Shown here one piece after another: positions 38,383-50,988 of a DNA stretch of 64,000 nt. The position numbers were made by a program, and so were the translations under genes. Source of the stretch: Lama guanicoe (taxonomy: Eukaryota); contig MU053994.1 of NCBI GenBank assembly GCA_013239625.1, positions 375,775 through 439,774 on the forward strand, read 5' to 3'. Each line of letters starts with the position of its first letter. The stretch's first letter is position 1. Below the pieces are notes generated by a model. That model worked only from the letters and a program-made list of their open reading frames with translations. It was not told the DNA's origin and made no database searches.

Positions 38383-39009
38383 ACTGTGATTCTCAAACAT
38401 TTTGCCCTTGGACCTTTAAAAATTATTGAGGACCATAGCAGCTTTTGTTTATCTAGGCTTTCTCCATCAGCTTTTACCAGATTAGAAATTAAAACTGAGA
38501 AACTTTTTAACGTAAGAATACAAAAGCACATGTTCCATTAGCTATCAGAATGATGGCCTCTTTGCAGGTCATATAGCCTCTGGAAAGTTCCAGAGTTCAC
38601 TCCTGAGAAAATGGGGGCAAAAAGGTAAATGAAGTTTTTTTCTTTTTCCCAATGCTTCATCATGCTAACTGATCTCACTTTATTTATTTATTTTTGTAGT
38701 CTTTTTTAAAAAAACACCTTTATTGTGGTATGATTCCTGTACAGTAAACTATGCATATTTCAGATGTACAATTTGATGAATTTTGAAAGATGTATACATC
38801 TATGATATTACTTTATTTTTCTTAATGGAGGTACTGGGGATTGAACCCAGGACCTTGCACATGCTAAGCACACACTCTACCACTGAGCTATATCCTCACC
38901 CCCAGCAAATAAAGCCTTGGTATTAGTATGAAAATAATTTTGACCTTACTGACTCTCTAAAAGGGCCTTGGGGATCCCTCGGAGTTCTTAGACTACCTTT
39001 TGAGAACTG
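38383..39009. mobile_element. hAT-Charlie-type MITE interrupted by an L1 fragment and a SINE
   Basis: Termini ctgtgattctcaaaca ... tttgagaactg. Confidence 0.55.
38811..38902 (-). mobile_element. tRNA-Ala-derived SINE (camelid Vic-1-like)
   Basis: Reverse strand GGATATAGCTCAGTGGTAGAG...TTAGCATG...GGTTCAATCCCCAGTACCTCC with A and B boxes, then an A-rich tail. Confidence 0.85.
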
Positions 39010-39782
39010 ATAGCATAGAACTTGTGCATTTAACTTCTTTGTAAATGAAAGCAAATTAACATTTAGATCGTCCAGTTCACTGTTATTTGTCCTACACTCA
39101 GCCCTGGTTCCTTCCTCCATTGTGGGTTAATGTGTTAACAGGACCAGCCTTGTTCAAGAACTGTTTTATAATGATGCTGTTCCTGTGTTCTCCTCTTCTG
39201 GCCACCAGAATCCAGACCCCAGTTGTTGGTTGGTTCCAGGCAGTTGAAATACCTTTCTGTTAATGCTCAAAGGAGTTCCTTTGAGGTTTTGTAATGATAA
39301 CTGAAGGACTCATTTGAAGAAAAGATGAATACACATTGTGAGATAAATACTGTCATAATTAGTTTAAGAAGAACTTAGATGAAACATTAAAAATAATGTG
39401 GAGTATGGTTCTAGTGTTAACTTCCAATCAGACTGTATTCAAAATGAGTGAAACCAACAACGTGTAAGAGAAATGTATCTTTGGTCCACCTTAGAATTTT
39501 CTTCTCTTCTATGTACCTTGCATTGATTTTCTTCCTTTCTCTGACTCACTACTGGTATTCCCTGGGAACATCTCCCATTTACACTCAAATCTGTGCCTCA
39601 GAGCTTACTTTTGAAGGCATCCTGAAATTAGATAGACCAGCTAAAACTTGTGGTTTTGTCTTTATTATGTTCCATGTCAACTTACAGACTATTCACATCC
39701 ATACTTCTTGCTCCAGTAGCACCAAGGCTAATTTTTAATCCAGGGCTGGTCACTGTCTCATGGTAGCAGCCAGAGTTTATAG

Positions 39783-39994
39783 TCAGTGGTGTCCTGGTAA
39801 ATATTTAACAATCAGTTGCCCCCGTCCTACACCCCCAACTTTCCTCATTTATAGCTTTTGTTGATTACTGTGGTATGCATACTCCCACTGTGGCTGATTT
39901 CACATTACCAGTATGTCACTGAGTGTGAGGTTGAAAAGAGATGTACAGAGATGACTCTCGTGGGCCCACATAAACTAGCTGTAGCACTCCATTG
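39783..39994. mobile_element. MER63-like hAT MITE
   Basis: cagtggtgtcctggtaaatatttaacaa...tgtagcactccattg. Confidence 0.7.
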
Positions 39995-40349
39995 CTTCCT
40001 GGGGTAAACTCACAAAATGGGGCGCTGCAGAGATGAGTGCTTGATGGAAAGAATTTTTGAATGCCAGAGAGTAAATATCATTTAATCATTATTCTCTCAT
40101 GGTATGGATGAGGACCCTGGGGTCCAAGGGGGGTCTTTTATTCATTATCTAACATAATTGGTTAGGGAGACCCAAAAAAGTTGTAACACATTCAACAATT
40201 GTATTCCGTTGGTGAAGTAAATTCTCTGCAGCTATGTGATTTGCCCCCTTGACTATATGTGTTTTATAATTTTTGTTACTTAGTTGGAATAATTGAACTT
40301 CTTTAGGTAATCAGAGTCCAAAAGTCATAGGTTCTTTTTCCTTTCTTAT

Positions 40350-40590
40350 TACTTAGCAAACACATATGTGGTACTTGTTATAATAGCAGAACTATTGTAA
40401 ATGTTTCACAAATACTAAGTCATTACAACCCAAAGAGGCACATGCTGTCATTTCCATTTTAGAGATGAAGTGATTGAGGCACCAAGAATTTAAACAAGAA
40501 GGCTAAGGTCACACAACTAATAAGATAATAATTGGGAACCAAACCTAGGCAATCTGGCTTAAATGCCATGATTTTAACCTCTAGACTTAC
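40350..40590. mobile_element. MIR SINE
   Basis: tccattttagagatgaagtgattgaggcac...aaggtcacacaactaataag. Confidence 0.65.
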
Positions 40591-43249
40591 TCTCTCTTAC
40601 CCTGAAAGAAAGTGAGGCTGTTAGACTGAACAGTTCAGCTTAGTCCCAAACAAGTATAATTTGTTAAGTGATGAGAATGGTTGTTTCACCTTTTTAGACT
40701 AAATGCTTTCAATTCTTCTCATCTTTCCTGATATGCACTAGTTATTTTCAGTTTGAGATTGGAAAGACAATGTTGAGGAAGTGAAAGTGATACAGTATTT
40801 CTAAAGTTTTCATGTAAACTACTCGAAGGTTAAGTCTATAGCCTATAAAGGGCTATGATAGGTGCTCCTTCGTTTACTTCTTGAATTGATATGCCTTTGA
40901 TTTTCATATTGGAACTGATTTACTGAAGGCTTGCCTAATTTTAGGTCCTACTACATGAACAATAACAATAAAACCCTCTATTTTGCATTATTGGATATAT
41001 CTAAATATGAATTAGAATACGACCTCTATAAAAATTCTTCTTGTGTCAAGTATGTATGCTAGAAAATAGACATTATCTTTTAAAACAATTGTAGTTAGCT
41101 TTTGTAAATGGAGCTGTAATGGCTTATAATTAAGGAAAATCACTTACAATATGATCTGTCAGATTAGCTCTTGGTCATTACTGTTTCTTGAACAAATACT
41201 TGAAACAAGTGTAGATGTGCACCATACAATTCTGTGTCCCGATGGGCTGAAGTAATAAGAGTATCACTTTAGTTTTAAAAAAATATTCCTAGTTTGAGGA
41301 ACATTTGCAGATAATTTGTTTTCCTCTTTTCTGACTTTCTATACTGCTATCACTTCATCGATGTTTTTCCTATCTCAGACTGAAACTCTAGGCATTGCCA
41401 CAAAACCCGGAGAGGACATGGTGTGGGGTTGTAGTGTAAATATGTCAGGTGGAGTTTCAACTCAGTAAAATGCAGCCCTTTAAATATGATCATAAACGGT
41501 TGCATGACTCACAGTACGGATTTTATTTTTATAGGTAACTAAGGCTTCACAGATGTGTGATTGTTTTGTGATTACAATGACAGAGAATGACTTTGTCCTC
41601 ACTTCCTGGATTTAATCCATTCCTTCCCTCTCCCTACTTCCCTTGACCTTGATACAATCCATCTTGACTATATAACTGTTTTCACTATGCGGATTCCTAA
41701 AATAGCCTCCTGGCTGGCTTTTGTTTTTCCTAGGGTTATTGTTGAACTACCCAAATGGAAAACATGAACTTTTTGAGTTGAAGAACCATTTAGATATTTT
41801 GGGGAAAGACACCCAACCAAGATCTTCTGGGTCATTTAATTATTTTGCAAACACTATTGAGAATCCAGTAAGTTCTCAGCATTGGGATTGTTATTAGGTA
41901 TTCAAAGATGAATAACATTGACCCAACCTCAGAGGGCTCTTGGTCTTTTGAAGTATATGAAATTTTCAAGTACTTGTCACTTGTACTTGAAATTGACACC
42001 TGGATGTTCTACTTATCAGCTGTCTTTTCCTGTGTAAACTGAGAAGTAAGAGAATTAATAGTTATTAAATATTTACGATAATTACATGCTTTGTATATAT
42101 TATCTCATTTAATTCCTCCCCAACTTGTCAAGAAAGGTATAAATCTGCAAATTTTCCAGTTGAGGAAACTGAAAATCAGAAACGTTAAGTAATTTGTTTA
42201 AAGTTACAGAGTTGGCGGTGCTGAGGTGGAACACCAAAACAGAAAATCCTAATTAAAAAAGTGTGAGTGAAGAAGCAAACCAAAAAGCAACAAAGTAAGT
42301 TGGAGCAACAGCTAGGGCTTAAAAAGTGTGGAAATTTAGACTTGAAGGAACACATTCTCTCTTGTACTGTGGATTGGCCTATAACATCTTATGAACATTT
42401 CTGTGAGATAGGTAAACTCATAGGCTGTGGAAGTTGGAACTTGAATAACCATGAGACCCATTTACATCAGGCTGATTTATATCATGTGCCATTTCTTGGC
42501 AAACGTCTAATACCTATGATTTCTCCCTGTGGATCCTACTTTTGTCCCTGAAGCAACATAGACTTTACTAATTGCGTAGATGCTTTTTGGCTATGTCTTA
42601 AGTGTGAATTGAGGGGAATTCTTGGCCTACAGGGGAAGAAAATCTCTTGGTTGTATGGATGTGCAGTATTCGTGTTCCTGGGATCGTTTTTTCTTACTGT
42701 GTCTTGTGAACTTGTTTAATGTCTGCAGACTCCTGATCTACTTTTAGTGTGCTGACAGGGATCAAGTTACTGAGCCTGGGCTGAGGGTGGAATCCTTGAG
42801 ATGTTTTCTTTCAGACTCATGACTGATACTCTAGGACATCTCTCAGGAGCCAAGCTATTGGGACTCACCAGTCGGACCTTGCTACATGGAATGTGAACAT
42901 CTTTATGACAGTCTTTCTCCATGTGCTGCTTCAGTTAAGCATAGAATGCCATGGGAACAATTAGGGGGGCAGCTAGCCCAGATTGGGTGTGAAAAGGTTT
43001 TCTGGAGTCAGCAGATATTAAAACTAATTTTAAAAGACAGAGGAACAGTTAGCCAAAGTTGGATAATGGTGGTGGGGAACAGGGTGTGCCCTAAAGAAAG
43101 GAACACTATGATGGCATGAGGTGAGAGAGAACATGACATGTTTGAGCAGCAAGAAAGGATTCAGTATGACTTAGTTAAAATTTCTTAAATTTTATTGAGG
43201 TATAATTATGTGTAATAAAGTGCATCCATTTAAAGTATACAGTTTGAAG

Positions 43250-43318
43250 TCAGGACATGGAAACAACTTAAATGTCCATTGACAGATGACTGGATAAAGA
43301 AGTTGTGGTATATATGTG

Positions 43319-43359
<41 letters not shown>

Positions 43360-43826
43360 GAATATTACTCAGTCATAAAAATAAAGTAATGCCATTTGTA
43401 GCAACATGGATGGACTTAAGGATTATCATACTAAGTGAAGTAAGTCAGAAAGAGAAAGGCAAATATATATCACTCATATGTGGAATCTAAGAGAAAATGA
43501 CACAAGTGAACTTACTCACAAAAGAGAAACAGACTCACAGACTTGTGGTTACCAGAGGGGAAACAGGGTGGGAAGGGATAAATTGGGAGTTTGAGATTTG
43601 CAGATACTAACTACTATATATAAATTAGATAAACAACAAGGTCCTACTGTATAGCATAGGGAACTGTATTCAATACCTTGTAATGGCCTATAATGAAAAA
43701 GAATATGAAAAGGAATATATATATATATATACACACACATATATATATATATGTTTAGCTGAATCACTATGCTGTATATCAGAAATTAATACAATATTGT
43801 AAACCAACTATACTTCAATAAAAAAT
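43250..43826 (+). mobile_element. Young L1 3' end with a (CA)n expansion at 43322-43357
   Basis: caggacatggaaacaacttaaatgtcc to caactatacttcaataaaaaa; translation VMPFVATWMDLRIIILSEVSQKEK. Confidence 0.88.
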
Positions 43827-45019
43827 TTATAGACAGAAGTGAAAAGAAAAAGAAAACTGACAGCTTCAATCCACCAAAAATGTACAATTTGATAAGGTTT
43901 CTTTAAAAATGGACTTCATTGTGATATAATTTATGCATAATATAATACACATATTCTAGTGTATAGTTCTCAGGGTTTTTAAAAAATTGTGGTATGAAAC
44001 ACATAACATAAAATTTACCATCTTAACCATTTTTAATTGTGCAGCTTGGTAATGTTAAGTATATTCACATTGTGGTGTAGTCTCTTTCTTTTTTCTTTTT
44101 TTTTAGTCTCTTTTGAATAAGAGTAAACCATGCTCAGCCTCCTTCATAGGACTTTAACAAGAAAGATAATGTAGCATTACACTTTGTATTTTCATAGCAC
44201 TTGAATTGAAAGTGTATTGGTACTGAAGACATTGATCTAATGGGATTCAGATTGTAATCATTAAAGCAAGTTTGTTTTTTGCTATCACTATCCCCCTAAA
44301 CTTGATGGAAGTACTTCTTTCTCTGGTCCAGGATGAAACTTGAACAGGCTTCACAACTTTTTCATCTTTTCATCACTTATAGATAACAGAAAACCTTGTG
44401 GTCTCTATAGGGCTGTGGACTTGGAATAATTTAATAAATTGTTTATGGCCAAGAAATTAGTATATAGGGCAGGCCATAATTAAAATGAAATTTCTTTGAT
44501 TCTGAGTGTGAAAATCTTTCCACATACTTTCCTAAAAATATAAAGCACTGAGGATAAATATGAAGAAATGAGTAACAAATGAAAGTGGCTGTCATTGGCC
44601 TCTGGAGATTGTTCTCCACTGATGGGGAAGGGTTTGAAGACTTCATTCATTTTCATTGCTATATAAAATTTCATGGTATAAACATAGCACTGTTTTAATC
44701 GTTATTTTTGAAGAATTAACTACTGTGTTGTTTCAGATATTTTGCCACATCAAACACTGTGGTAGCAAACATCTTATACATACCTCTAGTGGCTGTGTGC
44801 AGGAGTTCTCCAGGTAGTTTATTACAGTGTAAAATTCTAGGGTCTTGGAGGTGAAGATCTTCAACATTTAAAGATATTGCCAAATTGCTTTTTAGGAGTT
44901 TGTGTCATTACTGTCTTTATAAACCTTTAAATGTTCACTAATCTGATGGGTATGAAATTGTACTTGAAGAGCAGTTTTATTTGCATTCCACTGATTGTGA
45001 ATGATACATTCATCAGCTT

Positions 45020-45335
45020 GAACTTCCAAAGCAGGTTACCATAGACTGGGTGGCTTAAACAACGGAAGTTTATTTCTCATAGTTCTGGAGGCTGGAGGTC
45101 TGAGATCAGGGTGCCATAATGGTTGATTCTGGTGAGGGCTTGCTGATGGCCACCTTTCTGTTAAGTCTTCACATGGTGGAGAGTGAGAGACCCAGCAAAC
45201 TCTCTGCTGTGTCTTTTTATGAGGGCACTAATCCCATCACGAAGGCCCCATCCTCATGACCTCATCTGACTAATTACCTCCCAAAGGCCCCAGCTCCAAA
45301 TACTATCATACTGGGGGCTAGGGCTTCAACTTAGG
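45020..45335. mobile_element. MLT1A-like MaLR LTR
   Basis: accatagactgggtggcttaaacaac...ttctggaggctggaggtctgagatc...gggcactaatcccatca...gggcttcaac. Confidence 0.85.
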
Positions 45336-45960
45336 GTGGTTTGATAAAGTTTAATCCATGTATACGTCCATGAAACCACTGTCACAGTGAATTTACAGAA
45401 TATATCCAGTTTCCTAGAGCCCTTTGCAGTCTATCCCTCCCTCTACCCTGATCCCAGGACAATGATTTGCTTTCTGTCTCTGTGGATTAGTTTGCCTTTT
45501 CTAGAGTTTTATGTAAATGGAGTCATGCAGCAGGTACTATTTTGTGTCTGCCTTCTTTCACTCAGCAAAATGACTTTGAGATTTATTCAGACAGTTGTAT
45601 GTATCAGTAATTTGTTCCTTTTTATTGCTGAGTAGTATTTCATTGTATGGATTTTCTACATTTTATTTATTTCTTCACCTGTTGATGGACATTCACTTTT
45701 TTTTTTTAGTTTAGGGCAATTATGAATAAAACCTTGTATGAACATTCTTGTACAAGTCTTTTTGGGGTCATAAACTTTCGTTTTTCTTGGGAAAATACCT
45801 ATGAGTGGAATGGTGTGGTAGTATGGTAAATGTCTAACTTATTAAGAAGCTCAGAAAAGTTTTCCAAAGTGGTTTAACCATTTTACTTTCCCACCAGTAA
45901 TATATGAGTTCCAGTGTTTCTACATCCTCTCTAACACATGATATTGTTGTTGCCATTGAC

Positions 45961-46115
45961 TTTTTATATATATATATATTTTTAAACTTTTTTTTTGCGA
46001 GGGGAGATAATTAGGTTTATTTATCTATTTATTTTTAGAGGAGGTACTGGGGATTGAACCCAGGACCTCATGCATGCTAAGCATGCATTCTGTCACTTGA
46101 GCTATACCCTCCCCC
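45961..46115 (-). mobile_element. tRNA-Ala-derived SINE (Vic-1-like)
   Basis: gaggtactggggattgaacccaggacctcatgcatgctaagcatgc...gagctataccctcccc; flanking ttgactttt repeats. Confidence 0.88.
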
Positions 46116-47028
46116 AAGCAGTTGACTTTTATTGTAGTCATCTTAGTGGTCTTGTACTGGTACCTCATTGTATTTTAATTTGCATTTCCCCAAGTTCTGG
46201 ATATGTTTGAAAGATGTTGGATATCTTTTCATGTGCTCACTGGTCAAATACCTATCTTCTTTTATGAAGTTCCATTTTAATTGGGTTGATCTGTGAGGCA
46301 AAACATTTTTGTATATTCTAGATACAAGTTCCTTGTCAGATATATGTACATTGTATTTTCTCCTGTTCTTTGGCTTACTTCTTTATTTTCCTAATGGTGT
46401 CTTCATTTTGATGAAGTCTGATTTATCCATTTTTTTAATGGTTCATGCTTTTGGTATCTAATCTAATAAATATTTCCCTAACCTGATGTCATAAAAATTT
46501 TCTCCTATGTTTTCTTCTGGAAGTTTTGTAGTTTTAGTTTTCACATGTCAGTCTGTGATTTATTTCTAATTTCTTGCACATCATATATGTGTGTCATACA
46601 TATATTATATACATATATATTATATATCATATATATACATATATTGGACATATATAACGGTACATTATTATATACATCATGTAATATGACCTAAACTAGT
46701 ATATCAGTGTATATATCATATATAATATGATCTAAATAAATGTATATTATATATTCAAATTAATATAATTTAAATAATAAAATATTATAATTAATATTTC
46801 AATTATATGTATTATATTAGTGTATATTTTTAGTTCAGGTCATATTATATATGATACACATATACACTGTAACCTGATAAGATGTTTATTTATTAATTGT
46901 AGGTAAAGGCTGAAGTTCATTTTTTCTGGGTATCCAATTGTGTAAATATCACTTGTTGAAAAGTTTATCCTTTCTCCACTGAATTATCTTGGTGACTTTA
47001 TTGAAAATCAACTGACCATATATTTTGG

Positions 47029-47139
47029 GTTTTTTTGTTTTTTTAAACATTTTTTATTGAGTTATAGTCATTTTACAATGTTGTGTCAAATTCCAGTGTA
47101 CAGCACAATTTTTCAGTTATACATGAACATGCATATATT
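47029..47139 (-). mobile_element. Very short young L1 3' tail
   Basis: Perfect 19-bp TSD AACTGACCATATATTTTGG at 47010-47028 and 47140-47158. Confidence 0.9.
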
Positions 47140-47629
47140 AACTGACCATATATTTTGGATCTACTTCTGGACCTTTGATTCTGTTAATTCTTTGTGTCTT
47201 TTATTTCACCAATACTACACTGTCTTTATCACTGTAACTTTATAATAAGACTTCAAGTCAGGTAATATATGTTCTTAACTTGTTCTTTTCTTTAATGCTG
47301 TTTTGGCTCTTCTAGGTCACTGTGACTTAAGCTGTAGAGGTAACTGCAGAAGATTAGGGCTGGGAGTTAGGCTATGGCCAGATAATGCAGGGTATTGTTA
47401 GTCAGGCTACAAAGCTTGTGTCCCCCAGACAATGGAGGAGTATTAAAAAATTGATAACAGGGTAGTAACATGGTTATATTTGTACTCTGGAAAGCATTCT
47501 GGGAAATAAGTGGGGCATAGATTGAGGGGCTGAGACCAAGGCTGAAAGACTAATACCTAGGCTGTTTTAGTAGTCTCAGACAGAGATGATAAGGCTCTGC
47601 TTTAGGACACTGAAGCTAGAATGGGCCCA

Positions 47630-47897
47630 GCAGAGCTGTCTGCTGTGATGGTAAGGTTCTTGAGCTGATCTGTCAGATACAGTAGCCACTGGCTATATGT
47701 TACTCCTGAGTTCTTGAAATATGACTGGTGAGACTAAGGAATTAAATTTTTTTTTTACTGAGGTATAGTCAGCTTACAGTGTGTCAGTTTCTGATATACA
47801 GTAAATTCTTCATGAATTTTTATTTAACTTTAAGTAACTTTTATCTAAATTTAAATGTCTGCATGTGGCCAGTGGCTACTGTATTGGACAGTGCAGA
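47630..47897. mobile_element. MER3-like hAT MITE with a tiny L1 tail inside
   Basis: tacagtagccactggctatatg...gcatgtggccagtggctactgtattggacagtgcag. Confidence 0.7.
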
Positions 47898-48349
47898 GCT
47901 TGAGGAAGGAATAAACTGCAGGGATAATAAGGAGGAAAAAATGGAAAAGATTAAGGAAGAGAAAGAAAAAGGTGACCCTCAAGTTTCTGTACTGTAGTGA
48001 ATTAGTTAACATCTGTATTACCACTAGAGTATAAACTTAGTGGGGGTGGGGACTGTCTTTCTCAGTCAGTGTTATATACCCAGCACCTTACATAGTACCC
48101 AGCATACAGCAAATGCTCAGTGATGATTTGTCAAAGGATGAAAGGAAGGGAAGAAGGGAAAACAATCTGATAAGGCATTAGCCACGTTCAGTATGGTAAG
48201 GGATTAATATGAGAAGAAAATCCAGGAGGAAGTAGATAATATCTGACGTGTATTGAGGACTTACCATGGTCGAACACTGCTATATATTCCTCTACATTGT
48301 ATCATTTAATCTGCACAGCAATCCTCTGAGTCAGATATTATTCCCATTT

Positions 48350-48812
48350 TATTTTATTTTATTTTTTGAAGTTTTATTTATTTTTTAAGAACCAATAGTA
48401 GCTTTTTTTTTTTTTATTGAAGTACCATCAGTTACAATATGTCAATTTCTGGTGTACATCACAACGTCCCAGTCATGCATGCACATACATATATTCATTT
48501 TCATATTCTTTTTCATTAAAAGTTATCACAAAATACTGAATATAGTTCCTTGTGCTATACAGAAGAAACTTTTTTAAAAAATCTTATTTTTATATATAGT
48601 GGACAACATTTGCAAATTTCAAACTCCCAAATTTATTCCTTCCCACCCCCTTTCCTTGATAACCATAAGACTGTTTACTATGTTATGTCTGCGAGTCTTT
48701 CTGTTTTGTGGATAACTTCATAGTGTCCTTTTTTTTTTTTTTTAGATTCCACATATAAGTGATATCATATGGTATTTTTCTTTCTCCTTCTGGCTTACTT
48801 CACCTATAATGA
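48350..48812 (-). mobile_element. Young L1 3' end inserted in a MIR
   Basis: Poly-T then attgaagtaccatcagttac...ctggcttacttcac; MIR cccatttta on both sides. Confidence 0.82.
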
Positions 48813-50119
48813 CCCATTTTACAGGTACAAAAACTGAAAATTAGAAAAAGTGAAGGAACAGGAATAAAATGACTACTAGGTGGCAGAGTTAGAATGAGGT
48901 TAGTTTGGGCCAAGTTGTGGGACAAACATCTTTTGCTCCAACAGAGAAGTCTGGATTCCAGATACAGGTTTTGGAATCATCAGTAAAAGACATTTACTGA
49001 AACGTGTGAATGGAAGTGTTTGCTCAGGAAGAGAGATTATAGAATGAAAATAGAGGTCTATGGGGAGAGAATCCTTGAAAGGCAACTGAGAAGTACTGAG
49101 AAAGATAGATGTATGTGTATAAGAGGAAACCCAGAGAAAGTCATGTCCCAAAAACTGAGGAAGGAGAAGAGTTGAGGAGGGTAGGGGCGTGGCCCACATC
49201 TCACAGGCTGGAGATGTCCTTGTCGTTCATGGACTGAGCAACTGGAAGGTCAATGGGTCCACAGCCGAAGCAGTTTTCTGAACTGGTGGAGACAGAGTCA
49301 GATTATGAGGCACCACAGAGTAAATACAAGATGCAGTGATAGAAAGTGAAAATCTTTGTTTGCAAGGATAAAAAGATAAGGTAGTATCCAGAGATGGGAG
49401 TGTGGGTTGTCCATGTTGTTGTTTTAAGGAGGAAAGTATTGGAGCGTGCTTATGAAAGAAAAGGCTATTGTGGTGGAAGGGGAGGTTGAAGTGTCAGGGT
49501 TGGGGAGTGAGAAACTTGACAGTGGATTTTGTCATCTACGGTGCTGTTGCTGTTTGTCGGCAGACCCACACCCGTCCGTGAACTGTGAGTTACTGGTCTG
49601 AGATATGATAAAGACAATAATGGAAGATAAACATTGAGGAATTTTAATAGCTGTTTGACTCAGTCATTTGATACCTATTGAATATAAATATTTAAAAACT
49701 AGGAGCTGTACTTGGTATATCCTTGTTTGGTCATTGCTGCTTTTGTAATGATTCACTTTTATTGTGTTTTGCAAAAACAGAAGACAAACAAAAAGATTGG
49801 TCCTCAACGGATGGGATTTTTTTTTTAAATGGTCCTCCATCACAGTTTGAGAACCACTATTTTTTTTAAATGATGAAACGAGCATGGTGAGATATTAACA
49901 TTTAGGAGACCTGGTTGAAAGGTGTATGGGACTTATTTGTACTTTTACAAGTAGTTTCTATAAATCTGGAGTTACTCCAAGATAAAATGTTTTTTTTTAA
50001 AAAATGCTGTAAGACTAATGTAGATAACAAATTGGGATTAATCTTAACTAAAAGAGTAGATAACTTCCGCTAAGTTGAAATGTGGGAGGGAACTTTTGCT
50101 GAAAGAACGTGCCTTAGCT

Positions 50120-50490
50120 TTGTACTTTGTGACCCTGAGACAAGGTTTGCGTGCAAGTAGTTTATTTGGAAGTTAATTCGAAGAATCACCGTTAGTTTAG
50201 TTAAGGAATCAAGGGAGGGAGGGAGAAGGAAGCTGATACAGTGTGTGAAATGCTAAGAAACAGTGTAGAACATACATCAGAATTAGCCCATTTAGGGACA
50301 AGAGAACTGCCACATTTATCCTCCAACTGCCATATGTCATTTCCTGAGAGCTGCTCCAGGGACAGTAAGTTCCCTGGACTCCCAGCCTTCCCCAGGCCAC
50401 CTGCGGGAAAGGCTGCCAGTTGAGCGTTGCAGGTGCGTGCAGTAGGATGAAGCTGACGGGGTTATTTGCAGGCATGGACAGCATCTGCTA
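50120..50490 (-). mobile_element. ERVL-type LTR (LTR16/LTR33-like)
   Basis: gaccctgagacaaggtttgcgtgcaagtagtttatttgg is the reverse complement of the LTR16/33-type 3' end. Confidence 0.6.
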
Positions 50491-50852
50491 TGATGAGACA
50501 GGAAGTGAGTGAAACATGGTTTGAAGAGGCGGATGAAAGTTAAAAAATGACATCAGTAGGAATGGGCCAAGGAACCAACTAGGGAACGTGTGATTGATGG
50601 CTCTGATTGCCCTACAGGCTTGAGAACTGGTGAAGGTTAGAATCCATGGATTTATCACCCTGTCAGTCCTCCCAGGGCCGTAAGAGTGAGGCACATATAG
50701 AGGCTGTGAAAGCAGTCAGGTATTTGACTTCTATTCTTTTCCCAGGCAGCTGCATGAACCTATGAGCACATCTCACTAAGCTTTTGGACTCCAGGAGCAT
50801 TAAGAGTACTTTTCAGATGAAGTGCTCTCAAGCTGGGTCTTTTCTTTATCTG

Positions 50853-50988
50853 TTTTTAAATTTTGGGGAGGGCATAATTAGATTTATTTATTTACTTAAG
50901 TATTTTAATGGAGGTACTGGGGATTGAACGAACCTGGGACATCGTGCATGCTAAGCACGTACTCTGCCACTGAGCTATACCCTCCCCC
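50853..50988 (-). mobile_element. tRNA-Ala-derived SINE (Vic-1-like)
   Basis: atggaggtactggggattgaac...gtgcatgctaagcacg...cactgagctataccctcccc. Confidence 0.85.

Larger units (their letters stand above)
45340..47320 (-). mobile_element. Older L1MB-like segment with nested SINE, AT-rich expansion and young L1 tail
   Basis: gccttttctagagttttatgtaaatggagtcat...tttttattgctgagtagtattt...tctcctatgttttcttctggaagtttt. Confidence 0.75.

Noticed and set aside
38811..50988. Three tRNA-Ala-like sequences as tRNA genes
   Set aside because: They have A-rich tails, extra 5' G runs and diverged stems, and two sit inside older repeats; these are SINEs
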